DNA of 64,000 nucleotides from contig CBDCTZ010000009.1 in the NCBI GenBank assembly GCA_965222375.1, forward strand, positions 192,001 to 256,000. The letters are read 5' to 3'. Position numbers and translations under genes: made by a program. Of the stretch, positions 48,906 to 58,132 are shown in pieces. Every line of letters begins with the position of its first letter. Positions within the stretch are counted from its first letter, which is position 1. Source of the stretch: Polyangiaceae bacterium. Its GTDB lineage: Bacteria > Myxococcota_A > Polyangia > Polyangiales > Polyangiaceae. The notes beneath the pieces are model-generated. The model did no database searches, was not told the DNA's origin, and worked only from the letters and a program-made list of their open reading frames with translations.

Positions 48906-49075
48906 TGCGCCTCTTTCCAGACAGCGGTGGGCACATCTACAGCACCACCCAGCCGCGTTTTTACACGAAACCGCCCAGAAGTGCGACCGCTCGCGGGGTT
49001 GGGGAGGGGCGTTGGGGGCGTACCGCCGTTTTTTCGGCCAATTGCGCCACTCCGGCCTACGCTGCCCGACGCAGC

Positions 49076-49885
49076 ATGATTGTGATGGTCGGGCCGCCTT
49101 GGGCGGGCAGCGACGAAGACTACGCAAAGCTCGCGGGGGCGACGGGTTTGCTGGCCTACGAGCTGCGCACGAGGCTCAAGCCCGATTTCTGGGGCGTGGT
49201 GAAACCTCTGGCCGATCAGGCGCAAGCCGAAGCGATGGCGGCGAAGCTCACTGCGCTGGGCTTCCGGGCCTGCGCGGTCGACCCCGCCATCGCCTCGGAT
49301 CCGCTGAGGCCGATCGTGCCCCTGACCGGAGTGGAGCTCGGGCCGGACAAACTGACGCTGCACCTGACTGAGCGCAGCATGAGCGTACCGGCCAAGGCGC
49401 TGCTGCTCATCGTCCGCGGCGAGGTGCAGTTGGGGCAGCGGAATGCCGCGCCCGTTCGCACTTCCTCGAGCACGTTCCGCGCTGTTTCGCCCAGCAGCGT
49501 AGACTTGCGTACCGTGAGCGAAAGCCGAGAATTCGATGCCTTCGTGGCCGCAGACTTGCACTTCGCTACCGTCTCCTGGGTGGCACGCGTGGATGCGCGC
49601 TCCTTCGATTTCTCGTTCTTGCCTGGCGCGACCGGCATCGTGGCCCAGGACCTGGACTTGCTGGTGGAGTACCTGGCCGAGCGCACCGGCGCCCGTGTGG
49701 ACCGGGGCGGTCGCGCATCCAGCGTGTTGAGCTACACCAAGAGCGCTACGCGCAGCGCCACGCCCGCGCCGGGCCAACCAGCCGTCTCCCGCCCGCCTCC
49801 GGGGTCCACGGACGAGCGATTTGACGGTTATTCTCGCCTCGTGGCCGAGGCCGAGCGCGCCACCCGAGGATTCGGGCCGCCCTGA
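49076..49885 (+). CDS. Hypothetical protein
   Basis: ORF with host-like codon usage; no family recognised. Confidence 0.65.
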   Translation: MIVMVGPPWAGSDEDYAKLAGATGLLAYELRTRLKPDFWGVVKPLADQAQAEAMAAKLTALGFRACAVDPAIASDPLRPIVPLTGVELGPDKLTLHLTERSMSVPAKALLLIVRGEVQLGQRNAAPVRTSSSTFRAVSPSSVDLRTVSESREFDAFVAADLHFATVSWVARVDARSFDFSFLPGATGIVAQDLDLLVEYLAERTGARVDRGGRASSVLSYTKSATRSATPAPGQPAVSRPPPGSTDERFDGYSRLVAEAERATRGFGPP

Positions 49886-49959
49886 GCGCGCCGCCCGGCC
49901 CCCAGAAAAGCTGGGATTCGAGCATTGAGGCGCGGATGGGGTAGACTCCCCGGGTCGCC

Positions 49960-50961
49960 GTGAAGCTATCCCGTTTGGTCGTGCTGGGTTTGTTGGCCGC
50001 GCTTGGCGCGACGCCACTTCTGTCCCCGCGTCCTGCTGTTGCGCAGAGCAAGAAAGAACTCGCCGAGGCCCGCGCCATCTACAAGCAGGGACTCAGTCTC
50101 GAGGCTGCTGGGGACTGGGCGGGTGCGCTTGCCAAATTCCAGCAAGTCTCCAAGGTCAAGATGACGGCGCAGGTGCGGTTTCACATCGCGCGCTGCAAAG
50201 AGAACCTCGGCCGCTTGAACGAAGCGCTCGGTGACTACCGCGTCGCCGAGTACGAAGCTGAGAAAGCGGAAGCCAAGGAGTTGGCCGCCATCGCTGAAGC
50301 ACGCCAAGCGTTAGAGGCGCGCATTCCGAAGCTCGTGATCGTTCGCGGCGAGGGAACCGAGTCGGCGCGCATCGAGTTGGACGGAGTCGAACTGGGCGAG
50401 TCCAAGGTTGGCCGTGAAGTTAGTGTTGACCCCGGCAACCATCGGATTGTTGCGCGACTTCCCAAAGGACAGTTCGAAGAAAACGTCACAGTCGCCGAGG
50501 GGGAGGTGAAAGAAATCACTCTCGTGCGGCCCGAGAGCCTGTCGCCGGTCGACACATCCGAGCCCACGGGCCCTGTCGAAGAAACGCCAGAGCCGATCGA
50601 GGTCAAGCCAACGCGGTCGGCCTTGCCCTGGATTATTGGCGGCGTGGGAGTGGCGAGCCTGGCCGCTTCGGGTTTCTTCTTCCTGCAGAAGAACTCAGCG
50701 GAATCGGACTTGAACGATGTCTGCCGCAACGACGTTTGTCCCAGGTCGAAGCAGAGTCTTCAAGACGACGGCGAGCGGGCGGCGCTGCTTACGAACGTCA
50801 CCCTTGGCATCGGGGTAGTCGGTATTGGCGTTGCGACCGTGATGTTGGTCAGCCAGGGTGGGGCGAAGAAGGACTCGTCTGCCGAGTCTGCTCGCAAGTT
50901 GAAGGTAAACGTTGGCGCAAGTCGCGCATTTTCGGGAGTAACTCTCGGTGGCCGTTTCTGA
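49960..50961 (+). CDS. Secreted TPR plus PEGA-domain protein
   Basis: Signal peptide; TPR helices (YKQG...ALAKF, FHIARC.ENLGR); PEGA-like IELDG...VDPGNH; C-terminal strand ending GGRF. Confidence 0.8.
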   Translation: MKLSRLVVLGLLAALGATPLLSPRPAVAQSKKELAEARAIYKQGLSLEAAGDWAGALAKFQQVSKVKMTAQVRFHIARCKENLGRLNEALGDYRVAEYEAEKAEAKELAAIAEARQALEARIPKLVIVRGEGTESARIELDGVELGESKVGREVSVDPGNHRIVARLPKGQFEENVTVAEGEVKEITLVRPESLSPVDTSEPTGPVEETPEPIEVKPTRSALPWIIGGVGVASLAASGFFFLQKNSAESDLNDVCRNDVCPRSKQSLQDDGERAALLTNVTLGIGVVGIGVATVMLVSQGGAKKDSSAESARKLKVNVGASRAFSGVTLGGRF

Positions 50962-52381
50962 TCGAACCCGCAGCCTCGCCGCTGTCAGCTGTGGCGTGAC
51001 CCTGTTCGGGTTCGCCGCCTGCGCGTTTCCAGACCACAGCTTCATCGACGACGACCAGTTCTACGGTACGGATTCCGGAACCAGCGGTGGTTTCGGAGGA
51101 GCTAGCGGTGGCGTCAGCGGAATGGGTACTGGCGGCACGGGAGCTACGGGTGCGACCGGAGGAGCCAGCGGCGGGGCCGGTGGCACCAGCGGAACCGGCG
51201 GCGCATCCGGCGGGACGACTGGCGGCAGCGGAGGCGCGACCGGCGGCACGGGCGGGGCGACGGGCGGAGCTGGCGGCGCCGCCGGCGGCAGCGGAGGCGC
51301 GACCGGCGGCACGGGCGGGGCGACCGGCGGAACTGGTGGCGTCGCCGGTGGCAGCGGAGGCGCGGCCGGCAACGAGAACTGCACCAATGGCGTTGACGAC
51401 AATAACGACACCTTGGTCGACTGCCAAGATCCGAAATGTCAGAGCGGCTTCACTTGCGTGCCGGTATTGCCCGCGGGGTGGAGCGGGCCCGTGGCGCTCT
51501 ACTCTGGAGCGGGCGCGGCACCGGATTGTCTCACCTCCGGTGGCTACCCGACCGTGAAGCAGAACGCCAATAGCGGCCTCAACCCTGGCAGCGCGAGCTG
51601 CCCAGCATGTACTTGCGATGGCACGACGGGCGTGGGCTGTGAGGCCAGTATCGTCCTGCTGACCGACGGAACTTGCTCCGGCGGTCCTTGCTGGGGCGGC
51701 GAGGCGGGCTTGTTGCAGTGCGGCAGTGCGCCCTTCAACAACATCACCGTTCCCAATGGCCCGGCGTGCAGCTTGTTGCCAACGTTGATCTCTACGACCG
51801 GTGCAGGCGCCAAGGGCGCCTGGATGGGGCCGCTGACGTCCACCGGTGGTGTGTGCGCTCCCAAGTCGACGGGGTCGAAGACAATCCCGACACCCACCTG
51901 GAATCAGAACGTACGCGCCTGCGGCGACGGCCCCACTACCGGCAAGGGCTGTGGCACCGGTAAGTGTATGCCGCGGCCAGCCGGCGGCTTCGGCAACAGC
52001 GTTTGCATTCACCGCGCAGGTGACCAGGCGTGCCCGGCCCCGTTCGGCAAGAAAACGCTGGCGCATCAGAACTACTCAGATGGACGGGATTGCAGCGCAT
52101 GTGCCTGCGATCCACCCAACCCGAACTGTACCGGGACCTTGACGCTGTATACGGACGACGTGTGCTCGGCAAACCAGACCACTATTGTTACGCCGGACAC
52201 TTGCAACTCGATTCCGGTGGACCCGGATCCGCTCCTGGTCTTCCCGCCAGGCACCGGCGGTATGCCCCCGGCGGATACCCGGTCGGGTCGGCTCGTCGCC
52301 ACGGGCACCTGCCCGCCGAAGGGCGGTCAAGTGACTGGGGCGGCGACGCCCACGGGGCCCGTGACCTTCTGCTGCCTGTAG
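50948..52381 (+). CDS. Gly-rich/Cys-rich surface lipoprotein
   Basis: FAAC lipobox; (GGTGGA)n linker; ENCTNGVDDNNDTLVDCQDPKC; many Cys. Confidence 0.8.
   Translation: MAVSDRTRSLAAVSCGVTLFGFAACAFPDHSFIDDDQFYGTDSGTSGGFGGASGGVSGMGTGGTGATGATGGASGGAGGTSGTGGASGGTTGGSGGATGGTGGATGGAGGAAGGSGGATGGTGGATGGTGGVAGGSGGAAGNENCTNGVDDNNDTLVDCQDPKCQSGFTCVPVLPAGWSGPVALYSGAGAAPDCLTSGGYPTVKQNANSGLNPGSASCPACTCDGTTGVGCEASIVLLTDGTCSGGPCWGGEAGLLQCGSAPFNNITVPNGPACSLLPTLISTTGAGAKGAWMGPLTSTGGVCAPKSTGSKTIPTPTWNQNVRACGDGPTTGKGCGTGKCMPRPAGGFGNSVCIHRAGDQACPAPFGKKTLAHQNYSDGRDCSACACDPPNPNCTGTLTLYTDDVCSANQTTIVTPDTCNSIPVDPDPLLVFPPGTGGMPPADTRSGRLVATGTCPPKGGQVTGAATPTGPVTFCCL
51080..51370 (+). repeat. Coding low-complexity Gly/Thr/Ala repeat
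   Basis: GGCGGCAGCGGAGGCGCGACCGGCGGCACGGGCGGGGCGAC repeated. Confidence 0.8.
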
Positions 52382-52412
52382 CGCCTGCCTCGGCTCGACT
52401 AGCTGACACGAC

Positions 52413-54011
52413 ATGCCGCTATCGCGTCGCGCAATACTGGCTTGGCTAGCTGGCGCGCCGCTGGCAGCCAGTGGCTGCCGCGACACGCCTGTGGCTGGGA
52501 AGATCCGTGGCGGTGCCATGCCCGTGGGGCACCGCTTGCGAGAGGCGATTCGGGCTCCGGCGACCGGTAGACCTCGAAAGGTGCAGGTCGCGATCGTCGG
52601 CGCCGGCCCGAGCGGGCTGTCTGCCGCCTGGCGCTTGGAACGCCTCGGCTACTCGAACTTCGAGGTCTTCGATCTGGAAGCGCAGCCCGGGGGCACCAGC
52701 GCGTTCGGAACCGACGGCATCGTTCCGTACCCTTGGGGCGCACACTACGTGCCACTGCCCAGCTCTGAAAACCGCGGGCTCGTGAACCTGTTGCAGGAAA
52801 TGGGCGCGCTGGTGCAGTCCGAGCCGAAAGCCGTCGCGAAGGAGGCGCTGCGAGTTCGCGCCCCAGAAGAGCGCGTATTCGCCGACGGCGTGTGGCAAGA
52901 CGGGCTGCTGCCCAAATCCCAGGTGGGTGCAACGGAGCAGGCGGAGCTCGAGCGCTTCCAACGCGAGGTCGACAAGTGGGTTCGCTTCCGGGACAAAAAG
53001 GGCCAGCGTGCTTTCGCATTGCCTGCTCGGCGTTGCTCCGACGCCGAGGAGCTAAAGGCGCTCGATCGCATCAGCGCCGGTGACCTGCTGCAGCAGTTGA
53101 ATATCCGATCCAAGGTTGTGCGCTGGTACGTCGAATACGCGTGTCGGGACGACTATGGCCTATCTCTGGACAGTACCAGCGCCTGGGCGCTGATGTTCTA
53201 CTTCGCCTCCAGGTTGGACAAGCCCGGGCAGGACAGCGCGCCGTTCATTACCTGGCCCGAGGGCAACGGTCGCATCGTGCGCCACCTGTCCAACGTCGTC
53301 GGCAAGCGCTTGCGTACCGGTCAGCTCGTGACCGATGTTGCACCGGTCCGGAGTGGCGTCGAGCTGAGCGTTTTCGATGTAGCGCGCGGCGTCATGCAGC
53401 GCGTAGTCGCCGAGCGCGTGATCTTGGCGGTGCCCAAGTTCGTGGCCGCCCGGATCCTGCGTCCCTATCGAGACAGCCCTCCCGCCTTTCTAAAAGAGTT
53501 CAGCTATGGCGTGTGGCTAGTCGCGAATCTGCACCTCTCTGGCCGGCCGCCGTCCAAGGGTTTCGAGCCAGCCTGGGACAACGTGCTCTTCGACAGCGCC
53601 TCGCTTGGTTACGTGGTGGCGACTCATCAGCGGCTCAAGGACCTGGGACGCACCGTGTGGACCTACTATCTTCCCTTGGTGGATGCGGACCCCAAGGTGG
53701 CCCGGCGCCGCATCGCGGAAACCAGCCACGCCGAATTCTGTCGCACGATCCTCGACGATCTGAAGCCGGCCCATCCAGACTTGCGCAAGTACGTGGAGCG
53801 AATCGACATCTGGCGTTGGGGCCACGCGATGATTCGCCCCACTCCGGGCTTCATTTGGAGTGGCGCCCGTCAGCGCGCGGCAGCGCCCCTCGGTCGCGTG
53901 CACTTCGCCCACTCGGACCTATCCGGGGTTGCGCTGTTCGAAGAAGCGCAGGACCAGGGCTTGCGCGCCGCCGAAGAAGTCGCGACGGCGCTCGGGTCTC
54001 AGGTTGGCTGA
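52413..54011 (+). CDS. Tat-exported FAD-dependent (amine) oxidoreductase
   Basis: SRRAILA Tat signal; IVGAGPSGL, PWGAHY, YACRDDYG, WRWGHAM, FAHSDLSG..LFEEA. Confidence 0.88.
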   Translation: MPLSRRAILAWLAGAPLAASGCRDTPVAGKIRGGAMPVGHRLREAIRAPATGRPRKVQVAIVGAGPSGLSAAWRLERLGYSNFEVFDLEAQPGGTSAFGTDGIVPYPWGAHYVPLPSSENRGLVNLLQEMGALVQSEPKAVAKEALRVRAPEERVFADGVWQDGLLPKSQVGATEQAELERFQREVDKWVRFRDKKGQRAFALPARRCSDAEELKALDRISAGDLLQQLNIRSKVVRWYVEYACRDDYGLSLDSTSAWALMFYFASRLDKPGQDSAPFITWPEGNGRIVRHLSNVVGKRLRTGQLVTDVAPVRSGVELSVFDVARGVMQRVVAERVILAVPKFVAARILRPYRDSPPAFLKEFSYGVWLVANLHLSGRPPSKGFEPAWDNVLFDSASLGYVVATHQRLKDLGRTVWTYYLPLVDADPKVARRRIAETSHAEFCRTILDDLKPAHPDLRKYVERIDIWRWGHAMIRPTPGFIWSGARQRAAAPLGRVHFAHSDLSGVALFEEAQDQGLRAAEEVATALGSQVG

Positions 54012-54056
54012 GCGCGCACTTTCCCGCGCCGCCAAGTCGTGCCATAGCCTCGACCC

Positions 54057-55169
54057 ATGGCGAGTGCTGCCCCGGCAATGCAGCGGCTCAGCTTTGGGCC
54101 GTGGCTATTCGGTGCGCGAATGGACCTGGCCCTATTCGCCGGCAGCGCAGCGTTCGCTTTCGGGCTGGTCCTCGTCGGCCGCCTACTAGGAATATCCCCG
54201 GGCGGGCTACCCGAATGGGCTTGGCTGCTTTGCGTACTCGGCGTCGACGTCGCGCACGTGTGGTCCACCTTGTTTCGAACCTATCTCGATGGGGAGGAGC
54301 TGCGACAGCACCCGTACCGCTACACGCTGATCCCTCTGGGCGTGTATGCCGCCGGTGTCGCTGCCTACCTACACAGTCCCATGACCTTCTGGCGGATCTT
54401 GGCCTACGTGGCGGTGTTTCACTTCGTGCGCCAGCAAGTCGGCTGGGTCGCGGTCTACCGCGCTCGCGCGGGTACCTTCAATCCCCTGGATCGCTGGTTG
54501 GACGATGCAGCCGTGTACGCGGCGACGCTGTATCCGGTGCTGTATTGGCACGCCAATCTCGATCACTCCCGTATTGCCTGGTTCATGCCTGGAGACTTCG
54601 TGGATGTTTCTGCGGCGCTGCATCCATGGGTCATGCCTGCGGGGGTCGCCTGGGCCGTGTTGCTGGGTGCGTTCTTCATCCGGCAAGTGCACAAGGCCGT
54701 GACCACCCGAGTCTTGGCGGCCGGCAAGATGATCGTGGTCGCGACGACCGCCGCCATTTGGTACGTCGGCATCATCGCGACGAACAACGACTTCGACTTC
54801 ACCGTCACCAATGTGATCGTGCATGGCGTGCCCTACGTTGGGCTGCTCTGGGCCTACGCGCGGGAAAGGCGAAAGCAGGCGCCGGAGCGCCTGGGTTCAC
54901 AAGTGGCGGCCGGGGGGATTGGTGCCTTCGTGCTCCTGCTTTTGCTGATCGCCTTCGCCGAGGAGTTCGTTTGGGACCGGCTTGTGTGGCGACAGCGAGA
55001 TTGGCTCTTTGGTGACAGCGGCGCAGCTCTATCCCAGGTGGTTCTGGCTTGGGTCGTGCCGCTGTTGGCGCTGCCGCAGGCTACCCACTACGCGCTTGAT
55101 GGCATCCTGTGGCGCCGCGGAGACTCGCGGAAACGTCCGGCCCAGCGGGCGGCTCTTGGCATGCCCTGA
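54057..55169 (+). CDS. Polytopic membrane protein
   Basis: Multiple TM segments; DVAHVWSTL, FHFVRQQ, HYALDG.LW. Confidence 0.75.
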   Translation: MASAAPAMQRLSFGPWLFGARMDLALFAGSAAFAFGLVLVGRLLGISPGGLPEWAWLLCVLGVDVAHVWSTLFRTYLDGEELRQHPYRYTLIPLGVYAAGVAAYLHSPMTFWRILAYVAVFHFVRQQVGWVAVYRARAGTFNPLDRWLDDAAVYAATLYPVLYWHANLDHSRIAWFMPGDFVDVSAALHPWVMPAGVAWAVLLGAFFIRQVHKAVTTRVLAAGKMIVVATTAAIWYVGIIATNNDFDFTVTNVIVHGVPYVGLLWAYARERRKQAPERLGSQVAAGGIGAFVLLLLLIAFAEEFVWDRLVWRQRDWLFGDSGAALSQVVLAWVVPLLALPQATHYALDGILWRRGDSRKRPAQRAALGMP

Positions 55170-55264
55170 GCTCCTGGCGGCCCTGGGCCGGCGGGAGCAA
55201 AGCTGTCCCGTGCCTAGGTCGCTCGGTGCTTTCGTCGTGCCGGCGTAGGTGGTAGCTCAGCCCT

Positions 55265-55962
55265 ATGGACAAGGTGGTCAAGACAGCGGCCGAGGCCCGT
55301 GCAGGACATTCCCGATGGCGCCACGGTTCTCGCTGGTGGCTTTGGGCTGTGTGGGATCCCAGAGCTTTGCATCCGCGCGCTGCGAGACAAGGGCGCAAAG
55401 CAGCTGACCTTCGTGAGCAACAACTGCGGCGTTGACGAATTCGGCCTGGGTCTGCTCCTCGACACGAAGCAGATCAAGAAGATGGTGTCGAGCTACGTCG
55501 GCGAAAACAAAGAGTTCGAGCGCCAGTTCCTTTCCGGAGAGCTGGGAGGTCGAACTGGTGCCCCAGGGCACCTTGGCTGAGCGTTTGCGCGCTGGAGGCG
55601 CAGGGATCCCGGCGTTTTACACACCCGCGGGCTTTGGTACCCAGATGGCAGAGGGCAAAGAGGCTCGGGAGTTCAACGGTCGACCCTACGTCATGGAGCG
55701 GGGCATTGTCGGTGACTACGCCATCGTCAAAGCGTGGAAAGCCGACCGCTATGGTAATCTAACGTATCGACTCACGGCTCGGAACTTCAACCCGCTTTGC
55801 GCCATGGCTGGCAAAACAACCATCGCCGAAGTGGAAGAGATCGTGGATGTCGGTGAGCTGGAGCCCAACCAGATCCACACCCCTGGCGTGTTCGTGCAGC
55901 GCGTCGTTGTGGGCAAGCACGAAAAGCGTATCGAACGCCGCACCGTGCAACCGAATCGCTGA
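55265..55962 (+). pseudogene. scoA: 3-oxoacid CoA-transferase subunit A with two +1 frameshifts
   Basis: [11 protein letters not shown] / [28 protein letters not shown] / [18 protein letters not shown] lie in three frames; extra C near 55298 and extra G near 55545. Confidence 0.85.
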
Positions 55963-55972
55963 GGAGAGAGCA

Positions 55973-56626
55973 ATGTTGACTCGAGAGCAGATTGCACAGC
56001 GCGCCGCCCAAGAGCTGAGGGACGGCTTCTACGTGAACCTGGGTATCGGCATGCCCACCTTGGTTGCCAACTACATCCCCGATGGCGTCGAAGTCATGCT
56101 GCAGAGCGAGAACGGTCTTCTCGGTATTGGGCCGTTCCCGGTCGAGGGCGCCGAGGACGCCGATCTGATCAATGCTGGGAAAGAAACCGTGACCATGGTC
56201 GAAGGTTCGTCGATCTTCGACAGTGCCACCAGCTTCGCGATGATCCGCGGCGGGCACATCGACTTGGCGATTCTGGGCGCCATGGAAGTCGCTCAGAACG
56301 GGGATCTCGCCAACTGGATGATCCCTGGCAAGATGGTCAAGGGCATGGGTGGTGCGATGGACCTGGTGCATGGCGCCAAGCGTGTCGTCGTGATCATGGA
56401 GCACACCAACAAGAGGGGTAAGCCGAAGATCTTGGAGGAGTGCACGTTGCCCCTGACGGGCAAGAACGTCGTGCATCGCATCATCACCGATCTGGCCGTG
56501 CTGGATGTCGAAGGCGACGAGTTGGTCTTGACGGAGCTTGCGCCCGGCATCAGCGCAGACGAAGTGAAGAACAAGACGGCAGCAAGCCTTCGCGTGAGCG
56601 ATTCAGTCGCCAACATGAAGATTTAG
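55973..56626 (+). CDS. scoB: 3-oxoacid CoA-transferase subunit B
   Basis: [15 protein letters not shown] (active-site E), [16 protein letters not shown]. Confidence 0.95.
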   Translation: MLTREQIAQRAAQELRDGFYVNLGIGMPTLVANYIPDGVEVMLQSENGLLGIGPFPVEGAEDADLINAGKETVTMVEGSSIFDSATSFAMIRGGHIDLAILGAMEVAQNGDLANWMIPGKMVKGMGGAMDLVHGAKRVVVIMEHTNKRGKPKILEECTLPLTGKNVVHRIITDLAVLDVEGDELVLTELAPGISADEVKNKTAASLRVSDSVANMKI

Positions 56627-56917
56627 TGCCACCCCTGAGGGTGATACGTGTTTGTGCGCACATGTGCGATTGCGGACGCCTACGTGCGACCCATCGCAGC
56701 GACGCGCACGTGATGCTCTCGCCTGGTTTTCCAGGTGGTTATACAAGTGGCGGCGAGACGCGATCCGGATTCATAGCGTCTAGTCCGTGAGTGCCCACTT
56801 ATTGATATACCTAAATCGGCCGTCAGCGCGCCTCCCGCTCGTTTGACCGGCAGCCCGGCTCCCTCAAAAAAGAACGTTGCGCAGGCTGCGCGATTTCACA
56901 GGGACGTGGAGGTCGGG

Positions 56918-57325
56918 ATGAAACGGGTGCGACTGAGGGGTTTCTTGGGTGCGGTTGCCATCGTGGCAATTGCCGGGCTTGCGCAGAGCAGCTCTCACAC
57001 GACCCAGGTCGTCGTTGTCGGCTTCGACCAGCCAACCAACATCGTTTCCGGGGTGAATCACCACGGAATGGGCTATTTCAAGCGGAGCAACCTAACCGCC
57101 TACCGACTCGCCAAGCTCAAGCCCACGGCGCCGCCCAATCCCTGCAACATCGTCACGCGGGTCTGGAACAAGGTTCTGCCCAAGGTGCCGCCTCATCGAG
57201 TGGAGCGGGTGACCGCGAGGTTTTTGCGCTTCTTTGCCAAGCACAACTGCCAAGCCATCATCATCGGCGAGGAGCAAACCTTCCCCATCGACATGGAGAG
57301 CTACCAGCCCGAGCAAAGACCCTAG
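56918..57325 (+). CDS. Secreted hypothetical protein (PPNPC motif)
   Basis: GGAGG RBS, signal peptide; paralog of 57622-58029. Confidence 0.75.
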   Translation: MKRVRLRGFLGAVAIVAIAGLAQSSSHTTQVVVVGFDQPTNIVSGVNHHGMGYFKRSNLTAYRLAKLKPTAPPNPCNIVTRVWNKVLPKVPPHRVERVTARFLRFFAKHNCQAIIIGEEQTFPIDMESYQPEQRP

Positions 57326-57348
57326 CCCGAGCGAAGAGCAATCGAGAC

Positions 57349-57385
57349 GCGAAGGCGGGACTTCTTTTGTCGGTCCCGCCTTTGC
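57349..57385. terminator. Stem-loop, probable terminator
   Basis: GCGAAGGCGGGAC / GTCCCGCCTTTGC stem directly after the 56918 gene. Confidence 0.55.
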
Positions 57386-57621
57386 TGCATTTGGAGCAGT
57401 GCGAGACGGCTACACAAACCAACGCCCCAAATTCCCCGAGCTTCCGGGCGCTCCGCCACACTGCGTCACGCACATTTCCCTAGCTCGACGTCACAGTAGG
57501 AGACTCTCCTACCTACTTGAAATCATTAGGGATCATTTGACTGTGGGGTGGCGTACCCCTTAGTATCTTAAATTAGCGTGCCGTCTTTTTTGCGCGCGGT
57601 CACATGGATGTGGAGGTAGGG

Positions 57622-58029
57622 ATGCGACGTATACGGCTTAAAGGTGTTCTGGGGGCGTTGGCAGTAGTGGCTTTCGCGGGTTTGGCGCAAAGCAGTTCCC
57701 ACTCCACTCATGTGATGCTCGTTGGATTTGATGAACCTTCCAACATCGTAACGGGTGTCAATGGAAACGGCATCGGCTACTTCCAGCGTAATCCGGCGAC
57801 GCGCTACATTCCGGGCCAGCTGCGACCGACGGCGCCACCTAACCCCTGCAACAACTTCATCCGCCAGTGGAACAAGCGGATCATCAAGACCAAGCCGGAC
57901 AAGCTCGAGAGTGTGACAGCGCGGTTCCTGACGAAGTTCGCTCGACACAACTGCGAAGCCATTATCGTCGGTGAAGACCAGACCTTCCCGATCAATATGG
58001 AGAGCTTCGAGCCCGTGGAAATGCCCTGA
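57622..58029 (+). CDS. Secreted hypothetical protein (PPNPC motif), tandem paralog
   Basis: GGAGG RBS; shares AGLAQSSSH, VGFD.P.NIV.GVN, PTAPPNPCN and HNC.AII.GE.QTFPI.MES with the previous gene. Confidence 0.78.
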   Translation: MRRIRLKGVLGALAVVAFAGLAQSSSHSTHVMLVGFDEPSNIVTGVNGNGIGYFQRNPATRYIPGQLRPTAPPNPCNNFIRQWNKRIIKTKPDKLESVTARFLTKFARHNCEAIIVGEDQTFPINMESFEPVEMP

Positions 58030-58048
58030 CCTAGCGTGTGGCAAGGTG

Positions 58049-58089
58049 GAAATGGACAGGCACTCAGGTGCCTGTCCATTTCGTCTTTT
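58049..58089 (+). terminator. Rho-independent terminator
   Basis: Perfect 15-bp stem GAAATGGACAGGCAC-TCAG-GTGCCTGTCCATTTC followed by GTCTTTT. Confidence 0.8.
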
Positions 58090-58132
58090 GTGCCCCCCGG
58101 CCCAATGCTAGCCTCGATGCCCCAAGGCGCAC

